A stretch of 64,000 bases of DNA from positions 1 through 64,000 of IMG/VR virus record IMGVR_UViG_3300033144_006696; one strand, 5' to 3'. The notes under the pieces were generated by a model. It was not told the DNA's origin and searched no databases. It saw nothing but the letters and a program-made list of their open reading frames with translations. Below, one piece after another: positions 18,316-27,294 of this stretch (position 1 is its first letter; each line of letters opens with the position of its first letter). Source of the DNA: a virus. A program made the translations under genes and the position numbers.

Positions 18316-18579
18316 TTACAATACTTCCCTTTTAATTGATTTTAACCGTTGTAAATCGGATACCATTTTTTGTTCCCATTTACATATATCAAAATTAATG
18401 GTTTCCTGAAGACTGCAACGACCTTCCATTATGTTGGTTTCATGACCATAACCAAAATCAATTAAATTCCAGACAAATCTTTCATCATCTTTTGAAAGGT
18501 TGATTTTGTTTAAACAAGAATAGCCAATTTTTGCTGACAGTCTGTAAACTTCCGATTCTAAATGAACCATTGATCTCAT
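18316..18579 (-). CDS. Hypothetical protein
   Basis: AAGGAG SD. Confidence 0.55.
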   Translation of the reverse strand: MRSMVHLESEVYRLSAKIGYSCLNKINLSKDDERFVWNLIDFGYGHETNIMEGRCSLQETINFDICKWEQKMVSDLQRLKSIKREVL

Positions 18580-18681
18580 AATTTTCTCCTTGTTAAGTTT
18601 AAATATCTGCCCATTTGCTCGGGGCTGTCAGAAATGCGCCTGTATTATTTGCGGCAGTTTTCACATATGATAAAATATCTT

Positions 18682-18948
18682 CTAGAATGAGCACCCAGAA
18701 TTCTTTGACCATTTTCTGATGTCTTCAGGAGTGGCCACTATAGAATGACCAACAAATTTATCCTGGTTTAATTCTATCAGGGTTTCTGCTACAATTTCAA
18801 TCCAGGTTATTTCGTGGATTGGTTTGCATTTATATTCTGACTATGATCCAGTATAATGTAAGTAATTGTCTTTAACCCAAACAACTGCTGATGATGCGGC
18901 AGCTTCTTGTGGTGAAAGGCATGAATGTTCTGTTTCTGCGGCTTCCAT
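18682..18948 (-). pseudogene. Possible interrupted small gene
   Basis: MEAAETEH...YTGS*SEYKCKPIHEITW..., single internal TAG at 18841-18843. Confidence 0.3.
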
Positions 18949-18977
18949 GGCGATTTTTAATTTTTTAGCGGTAAATT

Positions 18978-19253
18978 TTATATTTTTGTTCTCCTTTTCA
19001 TGCTGGTTTTGTTGGAACTTTTGATTCCAATTTTTGGTGGAAATTCAGGAAATTCAATTCTTGTTTTGAGAACCCATAATTTAGAACTTGCAAGAACCAT
19101 TCGATATTCAATTTCTTGCAATTTCTTGACTTGTTCAACCCTGTATCTGTATTGTTCTGTAATAACACTACCAATTGACATACTTACAATTATAATTCCG
19201 ATCACTAATAATTTTTTCATTTTACTCTTTATGGTTATTAATATTATTATCAT
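18978..19253 (-). CDS. Hypothetical membrane or secreted protein
   Basis: MKKLLVIGIIIVSMSIG hydrophobic N-terminus. Confidence 0.5.
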   Translation of the reverse strand: MIIILITIKSKMKKLLVIGIIIVSMSIGSVITEQYRYRVEQVKKLQEIEYRMVLASSKLWVLKTRIEFPEFPPKIGIKSSNKTSMKRRTKI

Positions 19254-19300
19254 TAACTAATACGCCATATTTTATGTTTGATTTTGGTTTCATAATTCTC

Positions 19301-19717
19301 TTAAATAAATTCTATGGTAAAGATAGCCACTGGCAGATCATTGAAATCATCTTCATTAATTTTATTAAAGGCAAAATCCAAATCTGGATTAAATGCCTTA
19401 TTCATTTTGTCATTTGCCATGACATATATTTTCATTTCAGATAATTGGTTCTCAATCTCTTTTTTCAGTTTATCTAATGGGTATTTGTGATATTCAGCGG
19501 TATACATCATCGCATGTTCCCATATTAAATCAATTTCATCTTTAAGCATACTAAGGACTTCTTGGCATGTGGTATGTTTATCAATACTTATAGGTAACAT
19601 CACGCCAGATGTTCCGCTAAAATAGTCAGATAACATTGTGCCATGTTCTTGAATTTTTAATTCCATAATTTCTCCTTTTTGGTGAGGGTCAATATTCAGA
19701 CCCTCATATTTTCCCAT
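19301..19717 (-). CDS. Hypothetical protein
   Basis: ORF; probable start at internal MELK (AAGGAG SD). Confidence 0.55.
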   Translation of the reverse strand: MGKYEGLNIDPHQKGEIMELKIQEHGTMLSDYFSGTSGVMLPISIDKHTTCQEVLSMLKDEIDLIWEHAMMYTAEYHKYPLDKLKKEIENQLSEMKIYVMANDKMNKAFNPDLDFAFNKINEDDFNDLPVAIFTIEFI

Positions 19718-19720
19718 TGA

Positions 19721-20683
19721 TTATGCCACTGCCATTATTTTGTCGAATACTCTTGACAAATGTGTTCCGTTTTCAATTTTCACCGATTCTAGGGATTCAG
19801 AATCAGTAATACGTTGAGTAAATGCATTATACAAATCCCATGCGGTCAATTTGTTTTCTGCTAGCAGAATTCTGGGTGTTGTTTCTTGACCCCTCATTTC
19901 CAGACTAAGAATTTCTTCCTGTACCCTGGGTCCAGCAGAAAGTTTTTTAAACACATCCTCCATGGCAGGTTGGGTTAATCCCATGGCAGCATATTTCTTC
20001 CATTCACTTACTGATGCAAAAGATTTATCTACATTCTCAAAGAACCCCTGACAGTCCTTTTTAAAGTCTAACCCGGATTTGTGGAGTTTATTTACTGATA
20101 AAGATTCAAACCTGTTATCAGGAGATACCATTCCGTTTGAACATACTAAACGATATGCCCCGGCAACAAATCTCAATACTTTTGAAGTATCGGCACTGTT
20201 CTGCATTGTTGCCTGGAACTTGATCTTATCACCAGGGATAATTTCTTCGGAGAGGGCACTTTCCATGGTTGCCCACATTCGTCCTCCAGTTGGTGATGTT
20301 TTAATATCAATTTTTTCTAATTGAAATTCAGGTGGAATGAAATCCATACTAAGATTGATTGCATTCAGGTGTTGCAAAAGATTGTATTGGCTGGATACTG
20401 TTTTAAGTCCTTCCACCCTGCCATCAGAGAATATTGCTACATTCATTAAGCCAGAGGCTGCAAACAAATCCTCTGTGTTCTGGTTTAATTGTTTCAAGGT
20501 CATAAAGTCAACCCCTTCAAAATCAAACAATGGGCGACCTTGCACAATCCAAGGCACTTCTTCTAACCCAATTACTTTAATATTCATTTTTGCTGCTTTT
20601 GCCTTAATTTCTGCCCTGATTTTTTCCATAATAATTCTCCTTTGGTTATTCCTGGTAAATATCAGGAATATTATTTTTACCAA
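19721..20683 (-). CDS. DUF932-family protein
   Basis: VSSQYNLLQH...GGRMWA...NSADTS...GAYRLVCSNGMV...H...TAWDLYNAFT. Confidence 0.7.
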   Translation of the reverse strand: MVKIIFLIFTRNNQRRIIMEKIRAEIKAKAAKMNIKVIGLEEVPWIVQGRPLFDFEGVDFMTLKQLNQNTEDLFAASGLMNVAIFSDGRVEGLKTVSSQYNLLQHLNAINLSMDFIPPEFQLEKIDIKTSPTGGRMWATMESALSEEIIPGDKIKFQATMQNSADTSKVLRFVAGAYRLVCSNGMVSPDNRFESLSVNKLHKSGLDFKKDCQGFFENVDKSFASVSEWKKYAAMGLTQPAMEDVFKKLSAGPRVQEEILSLEMRGQETTPRILLAENKLTAWDLYNAFTQRITDSESLESVKIENGTHLSRVFDKIMAVA

Positions 20684-20685
20684 TT

Positions 20686-20904
20686 TTAAGATCGCATAAA
20701 TTGTTCAAGTTCGCGGTCCCAATCATCAAATTCTCGGTCAGGAGGGGAACTAATTTGAGCAAGTTTAACCCACTTATTTTCTCTTCTTAATCGTTTTAAA
20801 AGTTTCCAAGGGGTTTCCCCAGGAAATACTTCATTTTCTTTTGCCCATTCGGACCATTTCTGATCCCATTCTTCTTGATTAATTTCACTTGTGCAATTTT
20901 TCAT
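20686..20904 (-). CDS. Hypothetical protein
   Basis: AGGAGG SD. Confidence 0.5.
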   Translation of the reverse strand: MKNCTSEINQEEWDQKWSEWAKENEVFPGETPWKLLKRLRRENKWVKLAQISSPPDREFDDWDRELEQFMRS

Positions 20905-20917
20905 AATTACCTCCTTT

Positions 20918-21370
20918 TTAAATTTTCCCTGGTGACTTGGGCTTCTTCCAAGGAGTCGATATTTTGACCCTCTTTTTTCTTATTAGGCAGAATATTCTTT
21001 TTTTTGCTTTTTCGGTTAATTCGGAAATCAATATATCAAGACCCAGAAACAAGTTTTTTGGGTCAATTCCCATAAAACAGGGACAATTTTCTTTGTGACC
21101 TGCTTTAGCCATTTTTGCGAATGCATTGTGGCATGTATCACAAAAACCTTATTTCTATGGGTTTTTTCTGTACCAGTATTTATCTGCATCAACTTTAGAT
21201 CCGGTTAAGTTAGGACAAATAGTCTTATCACAATTGCCATTTAAGGATTCTCTCAATTCATTATAATGGGTTAGTAGAAATGTTTTATTAACCATAGTAA
21301 ATTTCTTTTTTGGTTTGTATCCATCCCCATTTTTCCCGGACTTTGGACACGGCATTATGTGATCATTCAC
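20918..21370 (-). pseudogene. Split paralog of the 12986-13294 gene
   Basis: Two same-frame ORFs (21155-21370, 20918-21112) separated by TAG and TAA; read together they give FLLTHYNELRESLNG.C..TICPN...FCDTCH...NCPCFMGIDPKNLFLGL. Confidence 0.7.
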
Positions 21371-21417
21371 ATAATGGTTGGGTTAATATAGGGGTCGATT
21401 TTTTGACCCCTTTTTTA

Positions 21418-21942
21418 CTATAGTTCGTGAGAATCAGTTACCCAGCATGGGTAGAATCCTTCTTCTTGGAAGGTTTTGGCAGAGGTGGAAGCCTCTTCCA
21501 AAGAGTCAAATTTTCCCCCAGTACAAAGACTTCCCCCTACATCATTTGACTGCCCCAGTACTTCATATTGGGGCAGTGCTGGATCATACACAATCACTTT
21601 GAAGCAGGAAAATCCTGCTTTGGTCACTTCCTTCAGGGTATATTCCCGAGACTCAGTGGCCCGGAAATTTGGGACTATAACCCAGGCAGTACTGCCATGC
21701 CCGAGTTCTACATTTTGCCGCTCAAAGTCAACTTTTGCATTCAGCAAGGTGGACAAGACCTTTGCTGTGTTCTCATGGGAGACTGCTGATTTATGGCAAA
21801 GCCACATTGGGAATCCGGAGTTATTCTTAAGCCATGGCCAAGGTCGAGTGACTGCCTTTTTGACTGTTTTTAAGCTGACTTCTTTTCCAGTGAATACACA
21901 ATCGGCTTTTACCATTTTGGGACTAAACGTATTTAACAACAT
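21418..21942 (-). CDS. acrIII-1: AcrIII-1 / DUF1874 (STIV B116, YddF)-like viral ring nuclease with C-terminal extension
   Basis: LLNTFSPKM (family LxNAFSxNM), SAVSH56ENTAKVLSTLL, FER75QNVEL, NFR94ATE97SREYTLKEV; H-R-R-E spacing 19/19/3 equals H47-R66-R85-E88 of SIRV1 gp29 as recalled; AAGGAG SD before ATG 21942. Confidence 0.8.
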   Translation of the reverse strand: MLLNTFSPKMVKADCVFTGKEVSLKTVKKAVTRPWPWLKNNSGFPMWLCHKSAVSHENTAKVLSTLLNAKVDFERQNVELGHGSTAWVIVPNFRATESREYTLKEVTKAGFSCFKVIVYDPALPQYEVLGQSNDVGGSLCTGGKFDSLEEASTSAKTFQEEGFYPCWVTDSHEL

Positions 21943-22072
21943 AATAATCTCCTTTTTTGGTTTGTTATTTTCAGAATGCCAATGCACCCTTTAAAACCCA
22001 TAAATTTTTATTTTTACTTATAGGCTTTAAAGGATGGGGAGTCGAATTTTTGACCCCCCTTTTCTGATTTGA

Positions 22073-22777
22073 TTAGGCTGCCTCAATTCCAAAATTCATT
22101 GGAGCTGATTCCCCGGCTGCTTTGCCGGCTTCAATTGTTTTTGAGTCTAAAGGCAAGTCCATTTTTTTTGATCTACCAAATTTCAGATTTGGATACTCTT
22201 TGTCCACCGCTTCATTGATCATGTCCATTTTACAGACAACTAAATCTCTGCATGCCTTATCAGCATGCATGGTGACATTCATGTCTTTTTTCAAATCATA
22301 TGCTCGAGAAATAATTATCCTAGCAGCGACATTGCCAAGTTGATTCCTTTTCTGCCAGTTTTTGGTTGCTGGAAATTCTTTCCATCCAGCTTTGTCAATA
22401 TGGTTGACACAAACACTGGCGAAATACATCGCCGTTTCTACATCGGAAAAAGTTCCAATGTAATCCCATTCTCGGCGAATTGGATTTTCCCAGGTGTAAT
22501 TCCTGTAAATGGTCTTTACATCAAAAGTGTTGCCAAACACTGACATGATATTTTCAACCCACTGAGGAATATTTCCTTCGTCTGCCAAGAAAGAAAACTG
22601 ATCTCGGATCAGGTTACCCTGCTCCATGTCAATTTCACTTTCTTCAATTCTGTATTTGGCCATAAGTTTGGCTGCGGCCAATTTGAAAGCTTTCCCTTCA
22701 GGAGTTCCTTCTTGGTCTTTGGCCTGGATCAAAATCTTCTCAACTTTGCTTATGATGGCTTGTTTTTTTTCGTCCAT
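22073..22777 (-). CDS. DUF2786-family protein
   Basis: IISKVEKILIQA....GTPEG.AF...AAKLMAKYRI N-terminus. Confidence 0.75.
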   Translation of the reverse strand: MDEKKQAIISKVEKILIQAKDQEGTPEGKAFKLAAAKLMAKYRIEESEIDMEQGNLIRDQFSFLADEGNIPQWVENIMSVFGNTFDVKTIYRNYTWENPIRREWDYIGTFSDVETAMYFASVCVNHIDKAGWKEFPATKNWQKRNQLGNVAARIIISRAYDLKKDMNVTMHADKACRDLVVCKMDMINEAVDKEYPNLKFGRSKKMDLPLDSKTIEAGKAAGESAPMNFGIEAA

Positions 22778-22877
22778 GGTAAATCTCCTTGTGGTTTTCT
22801 GTTATGACTCTCCATTTTATCAAGACTTGTTTCTTGGCGTATGCAATATGGATTGTATATGGCTGGGTTACTAACAA

Positions 22878-22900
22878 GGAGGGTTCAAAGGGAACCCTCC
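22878..22900. terminator. 9-bp hairpin
   Basis: GGAGGGTTC-AAAGG-GAACCCTCC. Confidence 0.5.
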
Positions 22901-22910
22901 AGATTTTTGG

Positions 22911-23198
22911 TTAGCAATTTTTCCAGGATCTTTCCGAAAACAGTCCCATTTTTATTTTGTTGACTAAAATTCGGTCAACGTCCATGTCGTCATAGAGCTT
23001 AGTGATATGTTTCTCATATGCTGATATGGCTTTTTTTTCTGCCATGTCCTCATTTTTTGCTTTATATAAATATGTAGTGATAACCCCATTACCATTTACA
23101 TTAATATGCCTAATTTCTATTGAAAATAATTCCATGGTAATTTTCCTTTTTAAATTTTTCCTGGTGACTCTGCCTTCTTCCAGGAGAATTTTAGCCAT
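22911..23198 (-). CDS. Hypothetical protein
   Basis: ORF track; may start at internal MELF. Confidence 0.5.
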   Translation of the reverse strand: MAKILLEEGRVTRKNLKRKITMELFSIEIRHINVNGNGVITTYLYKAKNEDMAEKKAISAYEKHITKLYDDMDVDRILVNKIKMGLFSERSWKNC

Positions 23199-23462
23199 TT
23201 ATCTATATTCTTTTCTCAGAGCCAGACATCTTGACCCTGTTTTCCCAGTTAACAGAATAAATCCCAGTCGGGCTCTACTGGGATCATTACAGCCTACTGG
23301 GGTTACTTCCAGTATGGCTTGTTTGAATTCTTTGTTCAAAAGTTTTGGAGTAATTCCCAGATCTTTTAAGGTTTGAACTTTAATCTTTGGCCAGATTCTT
23401 TTTGAAAACTTTATTCTATTTTTTAATGTCTGGATTATTTCAGATTCCAGTTTTGATTCCAT
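23199..23462 (-). CDS. Hypothetical protein
   Basis: AAGGAG SD. Confidence 0.55.
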   Translation of the reverse strand: MESKLESEIIQTLKNRIKFSKRIWPKIKVQTLKDLGITPKLLNKEFKQAILEVTPVGCNDPSRARLGFILLTGKTGSRCLALRKEYR

Positions 23463-23605
23463 TCTTTCTCCTTTTAAAAATCTTTATTTATCCCTGATAA
23501 TATCCAGATACGGACGTTTTTAAAATATCCGGATACAGGGACACATAAAACTCAAAACGTCCCTGTATCTCAAAAATTTTAAGCCTTAGTTTATTTATCC
23601 TAAAA

Positions 23606-23662
23606 ATTATAAAAGCGAAAAAAAAGACTAAAATAAAAAGTCTTTTTTTTCGCTTTTATAAT
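23606..23662. terminator. Perfect 24-bp inverted repeat, 9-nt loop
   Basis: ATTATAAAAGCGAAAAAAAAGACT / AGTCTTTTTTTTCGCTTTTATAAT downstream of the 23703-24842 gene. Confidence 0.6.
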
Positions 23663-23702
23663 CAGGGGATTATTTTCTAATCCCCTTAAAGAAGATTAAT
23701 GA

Positions 23703-24842
23703 TTAAATTTGTCCGTCTACGTTTACATTTTCTAGTTCTGCTATTGTCCCCAGGGAAACAAGTTCCTTCCATGCAGTATGGAACTTACTACACAAGTCAC
23801 GAGTCCCCTTGTCCCCTTCTGGGGGAACTGTAGTCCATCCATTAAGATACTGAAACATTTTAGTTTGTACAGTTCCTTCTTTTCCCAGTTCCTGTTTATG
23901 TTTATATGATCCATTGCACTCACGGACAAACTTAAGAGCGCTTGCTATTGTACAATTAAACTCTGCTACAAACAATGGGATAATAAAATCTGCATCTTTT
24001 CCATTTGTTAAATAAGGGATAGTGAAAAGATATTTTTTATGCACTATCCCTTTTTTTGGAGTGGATGTAGATCCGGATTTTATTTTTTTGTTTTTTTTGC
24101 TTACTTTGGATGATAACAGATCTGCTATCATTTTTTCTAGGCTTAAGATCTGATTTTGAAGATCTACAACATTAATAGGGATATCAATAATCAATTGATT
24201 AATTTTTTCATGTTTTGATTTTTTAATCACTTCTAATGCAAGAAACATCTCCGTTTGTACTTTTATAGTCCCGGATAATGTCTCTGATATCATAGACTCC
24301 ATATCAGCGTTATTGAGTATTTTTGCACTATTCAACATAGTCTGGATTTCATTGACGTTGCTGTCAATCAAGTCAAGTTCACTTTGTTTTTCACTTTCCA
24401 GATCTGTTATTTCATGTAATTGCATGTAAAGTGCATTATTAATTAATTTTTGTGTTTCTTGTTCTTTTTTCTCCGTCTCTGTTAACTCTTTTGCTATTCT
24501 AAAAGAGTTAACAAGACTTTTAGCAGATTCGATTTTTTTCGCTTGAATTTTATCAAATTCAAATTTATCTCGCTTATCCTGTTCTTTTTGCTCTTGTTCC
24601 AGTTTCTCTTTTTTTTGTAATGCTAACAACTCTGCTTGTTCTTTTGCTTTAAGATCAATCGTAAGTTGACTGCATACAGTGTAAATTTTATTTGATTTCT
24701 TCAAACACTCTTTGCATGCAGGAGTGTTGTCGTTACATGTCATTATACACGTCTTTTTAGTACTACATTTTATAGTCTTTCCGTCAATTACAACTGAATA
24801 CTCGTTTGACTTTGCTGTGGATGCTGTTTTGATTTTTGACAT
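23703..24842 (-). CDS. Hypothetical protein, first gene of left arm (Cys-rich N-terminus, coiled coil)
   Basis: 379-aa ORF, AAGGAG SD. Confidence 0.7.
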   Translation of the reverse strand: MSKIKTASTAKSNEYSVVIDGKTIKCSTKKTCIMTCNDNTPACKECLKKSNKIYTVCSQLTIDLKAKEQAELLALQKKEKLEQEQKEQDKRDKFEFDKIQAKKIESAKSLVNSFRIAKELTETEKKEQETQKLINNALYMQLHEITDLESEKQSELDLIDSNVNEIQTMLNSAKILNNADMESMISETLSGTIKVQTEMFLALEVIKKSKHEKINQLIIDIPINVVDLQNQILSLEKMIADLLSSKVSKKNKKIKSGSTSTPKKGIVHKKYLFTIPYLTNGKDADFIIPLFVAEFNCTIASALKFVRECNGSYKHKQELGKEGTVQTKMFQYLNGWTTVPPEGDKGTRDLCSKFHTAWKELVSLGTIAELENVNVDGQI

Positions 24843-24967
24843 GTTTAGTTCTCCTTTAATAAAGATAAATCGTTTTTATTGCTTACTACTTAGATCGTTT
24901 TTAATCCCCATTGGATTAAAAATAATTGTATTGTAGAATTATGATATTTTCATAATCGTACATGCTC

Positions 24968-24996
24968 CCTATAATATAAATAAAAACACTTGTCAA
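24968..24996 (-). promoter_or_regulatory. Candidate early promoter
   Basis: TTGACA-17-TATAGG on minus strand. Confidence 0.45.
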
Positions 24997-25017
24997 CATT
25001 TTATTTTACTTATTTTA

Positions 25018-25435
25018 TAACTATCTGAAATCATTGATAGTCAATAGTGAAAATAATCGGCGATATTAACAATTTAATGATTATTGTCGATACATCATGA
25101 AAATATCGCAAATAACAATTATTTAGAGTAATATTAAGTATTTAGCTTATAATCATCTTATATAACATTATTAATGTTTATTAGTGTTTATTATTATCCT
25201 TATAAGATAAATATGAGCTAAGTATCTATAATCATTGCATATATGATAAATTGCGTTTTACATCAAAATAATGCTTATTAATTGCGCTTTACATCATATA
25301 AGATATTTGTACTATAAGTATCTATAATCATTGAATATATGAAACAATAATACGAAACATGTAATTTACATATTTTATACATCAAATGAAACACGATACA
25401 ATACGATTGAATATAATGAAACATGTAACTTACAT
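25018..25435. repeat. Cluster of dispersed 17-19-bp direct repeats in the divergent intergenic region
   Basis: TAAGTATCTATAATCATTG at 25219 and 25315 (variant at 25018); AATTGCGYTTTACATCA at 25249 and 25280; GAAACATGTAAYTTACAT at 25354 and 25418. Confidence 0.8.
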
Positions 25436-26232
25436 CTTTATGATCATTAATGAAACATTTTGAATAAATCTTGTATAACTTACTGATATCATTAAATAAA
25501 ATGTAAATTTTAACATTTAGGAATTATGAATAGCAGAATAACATTAATTTTAATAGTTCTTAAATAGCACTTAAAACGATTTTGACAATGTTTACCTGGA
25601 TAAACATATCATATCGCATAATAACAGTGTTCACAATAAGTCAGGGAATGAGTAAAGGTGCCTTCCGGGATAAACGTATAGTTGATACATGAGACGCATG
25701 TTTTGTGCGGTGAACAGTGTTTCGGGAGGAAGTCCTGGGGAAGGGAGGGGGACCTTTCGCGTCACGTTCGTTTTTATAAAAATTGGTATATTATTTGATA
25801 TAGTATTTAATATATTATTCTTTCTTATTATATTACCTTTCTTCTTTATTCATTTTATGAAAATTTTATAGAATTTTATTCAGAATTTTAAAGTATTTTT
25901 AAACAAAACAATATTTTCTCCTTTTTTAATTTGCTACCATGCACAAATACTTTTTATTTCAATTTTCCCCCTTATTCTATATAGCTTCTTGTTTTTTAAC
26001 CATTTTTTTTATTTTTAACCATTATTTTTTTTAAAATCATATAATTTATGAATTTTTAAATTCTTGGTAAATTAATGGTTGATTTCTAGTTAATTTTAGA
26101 TTTCTCCATAGAAGAGATTTCCTAAAATTTCAATAAATCCCTTATTTTATATAGTTTTAAATAATTTTACCATAATTTTACAGAAATTTTTATTCAAATT
26201 TTAAAATATTATTAACCATTGTATTATTCTAC

Positions 26233-26261
26233 TTGACAAAAGGTAATTTTGATGGTAATTT
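26233..26261 (+). promoter_or_regulatory. sigma70-like promoter at head of morphogenesis arm
   Basis: TTGACA-17-TAATTT. Confidence 0.6.
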
Positions 26262-26280
26262 ATAAATCAAGGAGATAAAA

Positions 26281-26625
26281 ATGAATTCAAATAAAAAGAT
26301 ACTTAAAAAAACATTAATAATTCCTATAAGAATACAAGGAAGAACAACTTCAATTACACTCAAAAAGAGCATTGTAATACTGTATATGCTCTTTACAGTC
26401 ATTCCCGAAGGGGAGAGTATCAATTACAGTCTAAACAGAGCAAAGAGGACACAACAATTAAAAGGAGCAGTATTAGATTTTGTTTACAAATGTCTTGATC
26501 AATGGAATGGTAAAACAGCCAAAGGATTGTCTGATTTTGTTACTGATAAAATGATTCTTGAATTACTTGATGAAGATGATTTAGAAAAATATAATAAAAT
26601 TGTTGAAATTATAGCTGATTTATAG
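26281..26625 (+). CDS. Ribbon-helix-helix-like protein
   Basis: IRIQGRTTSITL resembles the RHH_4-type motif; AAGGAG SD. Confidence 0.5.
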   Translation: MNSNKKILKKTLIIPIRIQGRTTSITLKKSIVILYMLFTVIPEGESINYSLNRAKRTQQLKGAVLDFVYKCLDQWNGKTAKGLSDFVTDKMILELLDEDDLEKYNKIVEIIADL

Positions 26626-26634
26626 GAGAAAATT

Positions 26635-27294
26635 ATGTTTAAAAGAAAACTTAAAAGAAAAAAATTAATTAAATCAGATAAAAAATTATCAAAAAAAGTT
26701 GCTAAAATAAGAAAAATTAAAAAACCAGATAAACCATTGAAAAAAAAACTTAAAACATATTATAAAAGACAGCAATGCGCTTTTATTCGTAAAAATGGAC
26801 AACAATGCAAAAAAATTGCAGTAGGTAAAAGTACATTATGTGAAATACATGGTGGAGATGTAGTGATAAAAGAAAATCTTTATAAAGGAACTGAAGAAAT
26901 TACTCATCCTAATCACATGGTAAAATTTAATCCTGCTATTCATCCAATTGCATATATTGAAATGGCTAAAGAAGGTTTTTCAGAAGTAGAGATTGCTGCT
27001 GAATTTAATGTTTCTTGTGAAGCATTAAATGGATGGGCAGAAAGATTTGAAAGTTTTTATACTGCTAAAGAAGTTGGTAAAGCAATGCATGAGGCATGGT
27101 GGTTACGTGAAGGTAAAAATAATTTAAATGAAAGATCTTTCAATACACCATTATTTAAATATATGACTATGAATAAATTAGGATATTCTGATAAAATTGA
27201 GCAGAAATCTTTAAATATGAATTTACATGGAGTTTTAATGGTTCCTGATACTGTTTCTGAAGAAGATTGGGAAAAGGATTTAATTGATGTCTAA
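26635..27294 (+). CDS. terS: Terminase small subunit (P22 gp3-like, HTH)
   Basis: GFSEVEIAAEFNVSCEALNGW...F......GK...EAWW...G...FNT.LFKY..MNKLGYSDK; position upstream of TerL. Confidence 0.7.
   Translation: MFKRKLKRKKLIKSDKKLSKKVAKIRKIKKPDKPLKKKLKTYYKRQQCAFIRKNGQQCKKIAVGKSTLCEIHGGDVVIKENLYKGTEEITHPNHMVKFNPAIHPIAYIEMAKEGFSEVEIAAEFNVSCEALNGWAERFESFYTAKEVGKAMHEAWWLREGKNNLNERSFNTPLFKYMTMNKLGYSDKIEQKSLNMNLHGVLMVPDTVSEEDWEKDLIDV

Noticed and set aside
7315-21157. Stop-codon reassignment (in-frame TAG at 7315, 12456, 18841, 21155)
   Set aside because: The TAGs replace different residues (Gln-like, Trp) and co-occur with frameshifts or TAA; long core genes contain no internal TAG, and TAG ends the tail chaperone at 42722. 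Ordinary pseudogenisation explains them.
25018-25500. TIGR-like or CRISPR-like array in the intergenic repeats
   Set aside because: Spacing is irregular, several unrelated motifs are involved, and no Nop-domain or Cas protein is seen in the window.
25724-25740. RNase P-like GAGGAAGTCC motif
   Set aside because: Only a short partial match, without the rest of the P4 helix or a GC-rich body.
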